A stretch of DNA of 63,724 nucleotides, counting the filler, from Licmophora abbreviata (lineage: Eukaryota): NCBI GenBank assembly GCA_900291995.1. It is 12 parts of 12 records of this genome, joined end to end, with 100 filler letters (N's around TTAATTAATTAA, not from the genome) between each part and the next. Parts side by side here need not be neighbours in the genome. Positions count along the whole stretch, not along the records: positions 8,728 to 14,570 come from OLMU01000458.1; positions 14,671 to 20,364 come from OLMU01000459.1; positions 20,465 to 26,085 come from OLMU01000461.1; 9 more parts are not named here. The stretch is one strand, 5' to 3'. Of the stretch, positions 10,346-21,078 are shown piece by piece. A program made the position numbers and the translations under genes. Within the stretch, counting starts at the first letter, position 1, and every line of letters starts with the position of its first letter. The notes beneath the pieces are model-generated. The model was not told the origin of the DNA. It saw only the letters and a program-made list of their open reading frames with translations, and ran no database searches.

Positions 10346-12360
10346 TTTCATCAGATACCAGGAACACGCGTTGGCTTGAATCCTCCTACCCACAACTACC
10401 CGCAGCACCACTTCCATCATGATCTTCCTCACTTTGAGGATGAACCGCGTTCACGCAACTCAATACCATCACGATCATCTCTCGAGTTTGATCATCGCTA
10501 TTCTGCCCCTTCTTCAGCCTATCCTACTGCCTCGAGTTCCTTTTGGAGTGACTCTCCCTACTCTTCCTCTGGGAGTTCCCTCACCATGGTACGAACCAAA
10601 CGACTCTTGCGCATGGTTCGATTCTGGTTGATCTTCTTTGGATTGGTCTTGTTCCTTGGTACGTCAATGGTCTTTCGCAACATGAAACATGAATCCAATA
10701 CTACAAGTAGTACCACGGAGAGCAAGTCGAATACAGTGGCATCCATGACGAACGGGACCAGCACCACGAAGGAACAAATATTCTTGATTCCTTTTCCAAA
10801 CGCAACACTGACAACACAGCCACCACCGAAAGGTCGAACGTTGAAACGCGTTGTCCAGCCTCTGGATGCACTCCCCAATCCAACCGTAGATAGTGTGAAA
10901 CGGACACTCGCGTCGTTGCAACGTGAGTTCCATGAATGGATGGCGACGCACCAGAAAGAGTACGCAAGCGAAGAAGAAAAAGACAAGCGATTCGGTATTT
11001 GGACGGAGAATCATCATCGGTGCGTTCTTGTCTCTTCCTTTGCGAAAGTCTACTTTTAGAACAGCCAAATTCAGACTCATGCTTCTTTCCTTCGTTCGTA
11101 CACAGCACCATTGCCAAGAATGAACGCCACGGTCCGTGCAAGTTGACTGGCGAACCTGTCTTTGGCTCGAACCACTTCAAAGACTTGTCGCCCTCGGAAT
11201 TTCAATCGCACTATCTCACGGGTTACAAGGGACCGCGGCATGATGACTTGTTGCGGCTTCAACAAAGGTCAAGGCATCACTTGCTCACCACCGATGAGTT
11301 GTTCCGACGACAGAGTACGACGCCGGTATACATGGCATCATCGTCAACAGCTGCAGCACCTCACTACATGTCAATTTCGGGGTGTGCATGGACGGACGTG
11401 TCGTGTTGGTTGCGATGGCTTGCAAAGAAGTTCTTGTATGGCATTGGCAGCACACTTGTACCAAATGGTTCCTATCCGGACTCGATCGATTGGCGGGACG
11501 CCAATGCGGTGACGCAAGTTCATTCGCAAGGCAATTGTGGTGCCTGTTGGGCCATTACGGCCGTGGAGACAGTCGAGAGTGCGTATGCCATGAAGAAGGG
11601 GGCCTTGGTGGACTTGGAAGAGTCGGAAGTTATCTTGTGCGATGATACGTGCGAAATGTGCGAAGGAGGGTGGCCGCAAAATGCATATGATTACATTATG
11701 GAACACAACGGACTCCCACTGGAGGATAACTGGTCTTATGATGGGGATGTATTGCTGGAATTGTCCATGATCAAGACGGGAGAGAGCAACTACGACGAGT
11801 CGTATTTGGAAAGTTACCAACAATCGTACTGTCCCAGTGGAGGCGGCAGCCATTCCGGGGACAACAGCGGGAGTAGCTACACCAGTGCGGCGCGGTACGG
11901 AAGCATTTCTGGCTACGGATATGCGACGGATCGATGTGTTTGCTACAGCGATGGAACGGGCTGCGACTGCGACGAACAGAGCGAAAAGCTCGCGTTGCGA
12001 AACATGGCGTCCTACGGGCCTGCGACGGTGTGTTTGGAAGCGTCGACTTGGCAGGACTATGCTGGTGGCATCATGACGTCCGATATTGGCTGCAGTCCGG
12101 GATTTCTCGATATGAATCATTGTGTGCAGGCGGTCGGATATGCGTTTATGGATCTGGATGACACAGACACCGAAGGGCAGCAGCAAGGCAGTGGGAGTGG
12201 CAGTGGAAGCCAAGGGAGTCAAGACGACGGGAATCGACAAGGGTACTGGATCGTCCGGAACCAATGGTCATCAAACTGGGGCATCAATGGATATGCCTAT
12301 GTTGCTATGGGCGACAACACCTGTGGTATATTGAACGACATGACGCAAGCCTACATGTAG
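10091..12360 (+). CDS. Papain-like (C1A) cysteine protease with N-terminal membrane anchor and I29 prodomain (intron 11020-11105)
   Basis: TM segment FWLIFFGLVLFLG and prodomain EFHEWM..KEY..EEEK.KRF.IW..N / NHFKDLSPSEF. Mature domain has IDWR, QGNCGACWA, NHCVQAVGY and YWIVRNQW..WG. Confidence 0.9.
10313..10343 (+). repeat. (TCG)n microsatellite encoding a poly-Ser run
   Basis: About ten tandem TCG units inside the protease N-terminal region. Confidence 0.85.
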
Positions 12361-12440
12361 ACGGGAAGTTACAATGATGACACGTTGTTAATTGCTAGAA
12401 TCATTGTTGTACTGCAAGCGATGTACCCAAGTTTCGGTGA

Positions 12441-13661
12441 TCATTTCCGAGGTCGGACTAGTTTGTCTTTGGCAATCATTTCGACGACTCTTCCCGCCGC
12501 CGCGAAGCCAAAGGACCCCGTCACAAAGCAAGCCGTCCCGAGGGCTCCATCGCATCTTCGAAACGATGATACGCCGTCGTCGGCCGGCAAACTGTTTGTC
12601 AGTTCCGTCGAGTACACAGCCGCGATCCCCCAGTTTCGAACACGCCTTTTGTTCATTTTCTTTTCTTGAAACGAAAGACCCCGCTTCAAAACCGTGCTGT
12701 TGTCGTAGGTTCTTTCGACAAGTCGCCAGCATTCGATCCGACGAGACGCGGGTCAAGTCGTCCACAACAATCTGGGTCGCATCTCGCTTTCCAGCTGCGC
12801 CGCCGCACGTGACGATTGGAATCTCTCGTTCCACGCATGCCGCTATCAATGCAGTCTTTTCCTTGGCGCCGTCAATCGCATCCAGACACACGGTAAGTTG
12901 AGGGAGCATGACGTCAAGAGTTGCGTGAACATTGTCCACCGTGACAAAGTCGAGTATTGTCGTCACGTTGCACTGAGGATTAATGTCCAGCAATCGTCTC
13001 TTCATTTCATCCACCTTCATTTGACCTATGCTTGACGACACAGCATGCAGCTGCCGGTTGGTATTGGAGATGCACACGTCGTCGGCGTCTACCAGTATGA
13101 CATTGCCCACGCCACTCCGCACTAACGCTTCGGCAGCCCAGGAACCGACCCCGCCAACTCCAATCACGCACACAGTCGCCCCATAGAGGCGGTCTACTAC
13201 AGCAAGATGCGGTTCTCGGTCGGCGTCGTTGCGAGAAGATTGGGGGTTGTCGTCATCCGTATCAGCGTATATTCTACAGAAGAATGTACGAGTTCGTAGA
13301 GCGATGAGTTTAGAGTCGCAAACTGAGAGTGCGTGCATCCTGCAGTGGTTCGATCGTCGATGTGTTCACTGTGGTCCTGCACTCACCTCCCTATTCCAGA
13401 GAATCGAGTATAGCGCTGTGATTCGATCATTTCTTGTTCATCGTCGGCCTCAGCGATGACCGGCATGCGCTGACCATCATTCATGGAATCATGGTGCTGC
13501 TGGTGCTGTGCTCGCTCATCATGACGGGTCGGCGGAAGATTGGCGCGTGAAACGACAAACGACGCAGACGCCAGTAAGAAGCTTCGTAATAAAATCACAA
13601 GAGCAAAAAGCAAACATGGGAAACGTAAGCCTCGCCTAAGACCAACCGATTGCCCTAGCAT
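12441..13661 (-). CDS. tcdA: ThiF/E1-like tRNA threonylcarbamoyladenosine dehydratase (TcdA-like), probably plastid-targeted; intron 13274-13386; apparent +1 frameshift near 12680
   Basis: RFSGIGR|IY, VIGVGGVGSWAAEALVRSG, DDVCISNTNRQLH, DAID, GGAAGKRD. The C-terminal VYSTE..CDGALGTACFVTGSFG lies in another frame. Signal peptide ends in ASASF. Confidence 0.85.
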
Positions 13662-14077
13662 GGTGATGATGTTCCTTTTCCATGTGCACATTAAACTGTC
13701 ATGGGTCATGGTGTCGCGTCGCCGTCGGCCGCCGCGGTGTCCGCGTCTATCCGGCGATCGTACAGACAGAAAGGCGCGTCTTTCACGAAAGGTAGATGTG
13801 TAGATGTGCCTCATAGACTACTTTCTGTTACGGTACTACTTGGCTCGACTCTCTACGCTTACGACGACAAGCTTCGTCATTCTAATCAGTGTTGTTCTTT
13901 TCGAGAGCGCAACCTATACTACTTCTTGTGACAGGTGCGTTAACACGTATCTTGTTGAACGTTGGTGGTGTCACAAAGTGTTCCATCAAACGGAACCCTG
14001 TTTAAGTCTCGCGGTGGATCGAATCATCTCCTCATGAACAAACGTTTGCCTATTTTGCCGTTGTACTTCGATACAGT

Positions 14078-14570
14078 ATTAACACTCACAACCACGGAGA
14101 AGCACTTGCACTATGCCTGGCCGAGGAGATGCTTCCGCTAGATGCACCTGCACTCCTGATCTCCGATTCCAAGGTAGCGCGAAACGCCTACATGTCCATC
14201 CGGGATAGCAACCTAGGACAACGAAACCGGAAACTCATCCGCCGAACTTTTCCTGGTATCTCCAAGTCAATCTCTGTTCGGCTCAAACGCTGCATTGAAC
14301 AATGGAAAACAACGGCACAACATAACATTCCCATGGACAGGAAGGCGTCACTAATTGTTCGAACCTCGCGATTACAACAATATATCAGCAAAGAACCAGA
14401 CGCGCCGTGGCCGCTTGAAAACTGGGACAATCACATGCATCGAGCAATTATCAAGATCGATTCGCATCAGGTCGACCGTTACGGCGTCAAAGGCACGAGA
14501 TATAACCGTCTAACACCCTGCTGGAACATGGTCGCCGCCAACCAGGCAGCGGACAACGCTGCCAGCTTGG
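14078..14570 (+). mobile_element. RNase H domain fragment, probably of a non-LTR retrotransposon, running into a gap
   Basis: The frame reads NTHNHGEALALCLAEE..ALLISDSKVA..IIKIDSHQ..AANQAADNAA. This matches the RNase H E, D, H and N..AD..A motifs; the first catalytic Asp motif is missing. Confidence 0.6.
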
Positions 14571-14670
14571 NNNNNNNNNNNNNNNNNNNNNNNNNNNNNN
14601 NNNNNNNNNNNNNNTTAATTAATTAANNNNNNNNNNNNNNNNNNNNNNNNNNNNNNNNNNNNNNNNNNNN

Positions 14671-17280
14671 ACGGATCGCCCCTTTCTTCATTGTCGCCTC
14701 TTGCCGGCACAGAGTAGACGAGAATCGAAGAATTCATTTTGATATAGAACCTTCCCACTGGGATGGAATCGCTATATGGCACAAGACTGAAGCCATCGAC
14801 TTGGCTTCTGTTGTCCTGTAACGTCCACCTTCCAACGACCCGGAGCCTCTCATTTCCGTTCGGAGCACTCCACCACGCCATCTCAATTAGCTCGGTACGT
14901 GCAGGGCCGCCCGAAACAGCAAAAAGTCGGTCGCCCAAAGTTGCTAAGCCTTGTAGATGAACATCATTGATTCGAATGAGAGGCTCGACCTTGGCAGGCA
15001 CTGTCCCGTCGTCATTCATGGGCTGAATGTAAACGGACTCATTCGATGTCATGAGGAAGGAATGTCGATTGAAATCCACTACGAAAGAAGAAATACTTTC
15101 GTTGATAATCGTATTCGTTCGAATAACCTCCTGTGAACACTCCTCATATTCTTGACGTAAGACTTGAACAGGCGGTAGGGATCGTCGCAGTCTTCGATCC
15201 TTTTCTTCCTTTCCTGTAAAGGAGAAAATTTCCTTTCCAACGGAAAAGATATCATCTCCAGTGACCGAGTCTGCCCAAATGAGGAAAATGACAACTCCTA
15301 CCACTGATGTCAGAAAGATTGGATTGACTTTGTTGAAGTAGCCATAGGGTTCACGGTCTCGGAGAAGCTTTAGCCGGGCAAAGTACAGGTAGGTGGAGTA
15401 CACAACTAGACAAAGAGCCAAGAGAGATATGACCGCTGCAGTCGTCTTGAAGTGGTCGCCGGCTTTCAGCAAAAAAGCGGAGACAGAAAGTAGCAGAATC
15501 GAGGCACTGATCCACTGTACAAAAGTCCTTTCGTTTGCGAAATACGTTTTTGGCTCAATGCGAGCTGGATACTTCGGCGCAATCGCAACCCCTTCAGGTA
15601 AGATGCTAGAATCCGTTTCGTTTGACGATCCCATCAAGTTATATTCGCCTTGGAGCGCATCGTTCGAACTTGAGGAACGACTTGGAAGACCTCTTCGGTC
15701 AAGTTGAAAGAACGAGTAGAAAGCCGGATGAGCGGCCCAATATGGAAGCGTGGGTACAGCATTGAAAGCTGCTGCACCAGTTAGGAACTTCGAGAACTTG
15801 ACTGCCAGTATCATGGTAGAATCATCCTGGGCTTCTGCTAGTCCGGTCGGCATGGCACCGTCCTTCGCAAGTTTGACTTCAAATACATTGAAAGGAACTA
15901 CACACGAACGGGCCGTTTGCGCTTCCGAATCGGTCAGACACCATTGTCCCTCACTAAATTGCTGTAGTCGTTCGTTAACAACCGTGACGTTTCGATCAAG
16001 GGTAAGGCGCAGGTCTGGAGTGAATGTGACCAGCGAAGGCGTGTTAGAACGCGACATTCGAGTGCCATTGGCCCGGCCATGGCGAGCAACTCACCATTAC
16101 TTTTTGCAGACTGAAAGGCAGCCCGATCATATACGCTCCGAACGCAAGCAGTCAACTTATGCTTTACGACAAGATTGTGCATGCGGAGCAACAAATCGAT
16201 AGCGTTCGCGAGATCCTCTGGCTTCATTTTTGGCTTTGCGCGTAAGATCATCTCTCTTGCGTTGTGACTTTTCCAAGGGACTGGTGAAAGAAACTCGAGC
16301 ATATCTCTCTCTTGTATCAATGCCCTTTCCTTGACACTCTTGTTGCCAACCCATTTTTCATGGTGAGTCTTAAGTTCCACAAACATAATCTTGTCACCAG
16401 TGGGCATTGTGTTTCCATACCAGCGTACCCTTAGTAGCTTGGCCCCCTGGGCCCTTGCCAGCCTCTCTTTGTAGAGACTCATATCATCGGAATCGAAATA
16501 TATGGACGTAATTCGAGTTGCCAATGAGTCCCAAAGCTTATCACCATCGGATAGGTTTAGAGTGCTTGATTCCTTGGACGTCAATGGGCCCTTCATACCA
16601 TAGACTAGAAGAGGAGCTTCCGCGGCACAGGTCATCATCAACTTGGTCAAGTTTTCATCCTTCACCCAGTATTTGGTGGTAGATCGCTGAAAGGAAGAAG
16701 GCGCCTCCCAAAGAGTTTCGCCTCCGGCGTTGCCATGGTGGAGAATCTTTTCATGTGCCTGTCGCAGTGCATGATAGATATCGCTCACGACACATACCAA
16801 AGATGAGTTCAAATGTGCCTTGGGTAGACCTTCATGCAGCAACGGCGCGAACTCATAGGTAGGGCTAGGAAGTCTCTGGTCCGCTTTGACGGCAATCTCC
16901 GAGAGAATGTTGCGACCAAGCGTGTAAAAAGCTTGCAGGGCCAGGCAATCCTCGACCGCCTTCCGGGTCGACCGTTGGAGATAGCTCAGGGTGGTCTGGC
17001 TTTCAGGTACGATAGTTTCATCAGTGGCTAGAGCATCCGCTCTGAGGAAAAGAGTCTTGGCCGTCTGTTCCAGGCCTTCTTGTTGGATTTTCACAAACTC
17101 AGCGAGACGACGGAGCTCGCCTAGCAGGGTGGTGCGAAAGGGACGTCGGCTCCTCGTTGATACGAGTGTTCCGTCGACGACTTCGGATTGTAGTAGCTCT
17201 GTCTTCAATTTCTCTTCCGGTACCCTGTTGACATCCAAGGTGGAGAGAAAGTCGGAAGTTTCAGGGATGCCGTGGATCAT
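14671..17280 (-). CDS. VTC4-like polyphosphate polymerase: degenerate SPX-like region, VTC domain, DUF202 TM region, extra C-terminal domain (intron 16015-16094; 3' end in gap)
   Basis: FQRSTTKYWV, ITSIYFD, LYKERL, LLRVRWYG, FVELKTHHE, SVKER, YDRAAFQ, LRLTLDRNV, FEVKL, KFSKFLTG, IEPKTYFANERTF. Confidence 0.9.
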
Positions 17281-17630
17281 GCTTACGATTATTGTAAACA
17301 CTTTAGTTCAGGTCGCAGTGTGGTGGATAAAACTTGTCAATTCAGGGACCATGTTTGCGATTTGAGATGTGATTGTGACTTGTGACGCAGAAAAAGGCGT
17401 TGAGGGTGAGTGACCATTACTTATTGTCTTCAAGTTCATACCCAAGTGACATAAGTAATTTATTTATTCGACATTGAATCAATGAAACGCTCTCTGCCAA
17501 CGCATCCAACGGTCCATCCTCTGACGAGATTGCTCACAATTTGCTTCAACTTCAAAGAGAATTTCATAGAGAGGAGAAAATTGTCTCAACTCACCTTATT
17601 TTACTCAGCATTTGAGTTTGTTGATCGACG
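17281..17630. promoter_or_regulatory. Putative bidirectional promoter between the two VTC genes
   Basis: 350-bp AT-richer spacer between divergent ATGs, with clustered GTGA(C/T) motifs at ~17368-17450. Confidence 0.5.
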
Positions 17631-19095
17631 ATGAACATCCTAAACAATCTAAGATCCCGCAGATCTCCTCAGACGCTCGAAATGACGCTCATGTCTGGTG
17701 AGAGAAACGAGGAGGGAGGAGGAGAAAATCCCTCGCAGGTTCAGGTGGAGCCCAAGACGTATTTCGCTAACGAACGTACCTTCATTCAGTGGATCAGTGC
17801 GGCCTTGCTCTTGCTCACCGTATCCAGCGTTATGATGGGTAGTGGGAATTACAATGGGACGTCCAGTGTCATTGCATTCTCGTCGCTGGTCCTCGTCTGC
17901 TACGCGTCGTTTGTCTACTTCCGTCGAGTTCGGCTCTTGAGGTCGGGCAATGCCTACGGCTATCTCGATTTTGTCGGTCCTACCATTCTGGCGGTGGGAG
18001 TAGGCATTGGCGTCGCCATTGTCTTTGCGGACGCCGTCAAGGGAAGTGAGTTTCTTCCTTTTGGCAGTGAGGGCGAGGATGACGATCGGCGCTTCTTGGT
18101 GTCGCAATCGGTATCACCCGTTAAATTCCAGCAGGCACCCGAGATGCGCCCGGTCGAAGACATTTTCAAACTTCAAGAGGTGCATGGAAAATGTTCTCGC
18201 TATGCGATTGGTGGAATCAACCTCTTGGAGTATCAACCTCGTGACATCATTCTCAATGAGTACAACACCAAACAAGACTCTACCACTGGTCGCGAATTGA
18301 TCGTTGCCACGCCACAGGCCTTGGTTTCTCACCCTCTTCCGGAACGACGACAAGACCAAGCTACTTGTAGCACAATTCTATCCGAACTTCCCGACATGGA
18401 AATCGAGTCCATGATCATGGTGGGAGATAGACTCTTCGCCCTTTCTATTGGGCCCTTGAAGACGGAACTGATCGAATTCAGTGCTGCCAAGGAAATTCAG
18501 TCGACACACGTGATCCAAGACTCAACGAGTGCTTCCGGAAGCCTTGTTTTTGTGCCATCAAGTGACGAAAGTCGTGGAAAGCTATACATTTATCTCGATG
18601 GCACGATTCACACCTACCATTTGCTCCCCCACAACAACGAGTCTCCCTTGTCGCTCTCTCGCACCGGAACCATCAATATGAAAGTCATGAACCATGGTGG
18701 TCTTGACGATATCAACGATCCGATTACGGCCATGGAACATTTTGAAGGCCTCACGTATGTGTTGAGAGGAAATCGAAACATCATCGAAGCCTGGGATCTC
18801 CAGAGCGCGAGTCTTCTGGCCGAAATGCCGCTGCCAAGCGTCTCGGGTAATGACACATGGGTTGGAATGGCCTTTCAACGCCAAGACGAAGAGGAAGAAG
18901 GAGAACGATCTTCGCTACGTAAGCGCAAGATGGGTGCTACTTCAAGTGAAATGAAAACGAGCAAGCCTGTGTTCTTGCATATGCCGTTGGACTCTTTTCC
19001 TCCCCAGCTTTGGACTTTCCAGGCTGGAAAGACACGACGAAGGAAATGACGGTGATCGCAATGTTTTTAGCTTGCCTGAGTGTGATGGTGTGTAG
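17631..19095 (+). CDS. VTC1-like DUF202 protein with large C-terminal soluble domain; apparent +1 frameshift at ~19020
   Basis: VEPKTYFANERTFIQW plus 3 TM helices, and a C-terminal domain similar to that of the divergent VTC4-like gene (GDRLFA..GP..TELIE). Removing one C at ~19020 gives the end WTFRLERH..FSLPECDGV*. Confidence 0.85.
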
Positions 19096-19310
19096 ATGTA
19101 CTTTTGAGCGTGAGATGAAAAAGCAGTGACTGCTATTGTATAGCTAGTTCTGTAATTTTGTAAACACCAAGACGAAAGACCATGGCCTTGCTGTTCAATC
19201 AACTTTGTTAATCTTCACAAGGTGTGTCGTACAGACGACCCTATGTCGAAAGCGAATGCTACTGCATCGTCATGGATGCAGTGACTCGACTCGTGCCTCT
19301 GTTGTCGTTT

Positions 19311-20084
19311 CTAATGTTTCGCATGATCACCTCCCGACTGCGTGACAACTGCTTCTCCGACTTGGACAAAACTACCATTTTGTTGTTGCTGCTGCTGATG
19401 ATGATGATCTGAACTGTCGTGCTGATGTTGATGTTGTTGTTGTAACTGGGTATTGTATCGCTCAAAGCTATTTTCAAATTCGTCGAGCGATATCCCAATC
19501 GTTTCATAGTTTCCCTGCTGCGCCATGTACGTGAGTTCATCGCGTCCAATGGCAATCAACAAGGCCACGGCCGTATTGAGCCAAAAGATAATTCCACTCC
19601 AGAACCATATACCCACCATGGTCCCCCGATGGTCATCACAGAGCTCTGTAGCTGTATAATAATAGTAAGACTTTCGGTCTTCTTCTTCTTTGCTGTCGAC
19701 GTGAGTGGGACATTGCGACAATCGTCCAAAGTAAAGTGAGAGTACGAACGAGAGGATGGATCCACCGACGGCGATGCCGAGTGTGACGCCGAGCATAAAC
19801 TCCGACGGTGATAGCGCATGAAAGAAAGAGGAGTGCGGCAAGCGATTGTTGTTGAGTACAATCATGCTGATGATGTTCTGAGAACAGAGTAGGAAGGAAA
19901 TCAAGAGTGTATCTAGCCCGATATCGGGTACCACGGCGGCTTGAAAACAGGCAATGAAGAGAAAGAAATTGCAGACAACCATGGCTGTCAGCAAGTGATT
20001 TATTAATCTCGGAATGGAGTCATTGCGATGAAGAAAGGACAAGGAGTCTTGACAGTGTTGCGAGAGTGATTGGAGAGGTGACAT
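19311..20084 (-). CDS. Hypothetical protein with ~4 TM helices and Q/H-rich C-terminus
   Basis: Open frame with four hydrophobic segments and two Cys in the loop before the last TM. No family recognised. Confidence 0.65.
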   Translation of the reverse strand: MSPLQSLSQHCQDSLSFLHRNDSIPRLINHLLTAMVVCNFFLFIACFQAAVVPDIGLDTLLISFLLCSQNIISMIVLNNNRLPHSSFFHALSPSEFMLGVTLGIAVGGSILSFVLSLYFGRLSQCPTHVDSKEEEDRKSYYYYTATELCDDHRGTMVGIWFWSGIIFWLNTAVALLIAIGRDELTYMAQQGNYETIGISLDEFENSFERYNTQLQQQHQHQHDSSDHHHQQQQQQNGSFVQVGEAVVTQSGGDHAKH

Positions 20085-21078
20085 GATGATGTTGGGTCGA
20101 GTTCCGGGCGAGGTGCACAGCTCGTGTCTCTTTTCGATCCTGGCGATCTGGTCTGGCGCGGTTTTAAGACTCGGAAAAGGCAATCTAGAGGTCCCCTGAG
20201 AGAATGACCTAGTAGCAGTCAGCGAGAGCCTGTCGTTCGTCGCAGCGAGCGTCGATGCCGTCGTCGTCGTTCGTTCGAGAAATCATCGTCGCAATACTAC
20301 GAATGTGATGGATGTGGCGTTTGAGAGCGTGACGCCGTCGCGCGATATCTGAAGATGCATCGCGNNNNNNNNNNNNNNNNNNNNNNNNNNNNNNNNNNNN
20401 NNNNNNNNTTAATTAATTAANNNNNNNNNNNNNNNNNNNNNNNNNNNNNNNNNNNNNNNNNNNNATCACCGACTGCCCATAGAGAGGGTTATAGGGCTTT
20501 GTCGAAGGCAATATCAAGGCCATGGCGTTCGGCCCTTGGGAAGTTTTGCCAACAGTGGAGCATCGCGTTGAAAATGCCGTAGTTCAGTGAGTTTCTTGAA
20601 TAACTATCAAGAAACCCGTCAATGTATTAGTTCTGCATTGTCGCTGTGGGGGAGTTGACGCGTAGATAGAGACCGGAAGGCGAGAAACGCGGACAACGTC
20701 CCTTATTCTGTTTGTTAGTCGTTGAATGCATCACTCCTATTATGATTAGTCATGAGCTCAACAAACAAGTGCGCTTTCGTTTGAGCTGAGGTGCGTACCG
20801 GTATTATCTGAGTCCAAGTGGTGGCGCGAAGCAGCGTTCAAACCATTGAACATCTAATTATAAACGTTGCTGAGAGTTTTGTATGGTCGATTTTGTAGGT
20901 GTCAAGCTTTTGAGATGCCGCACACGCGACCACTACTCTTCGCTTTGGGAACAACGCCGAAGAGCACGACTGACGATCAAGGGATACCATTCCATTTCCA
21001 CTCATCTCATCATAGGATGGAGACAGACAGAATTCTGCTGGAGTTTCTGAAATTGTATTTATTCTTCTTTGGTGAGAA

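Noticed and set aside
17470..17485. TGAATCAA in the VTC spacer as a phosphate-starvation (PSR) element
   Set aside because: It is a single imperfect match to the motif as I recall it, so chance cannot be excluded.
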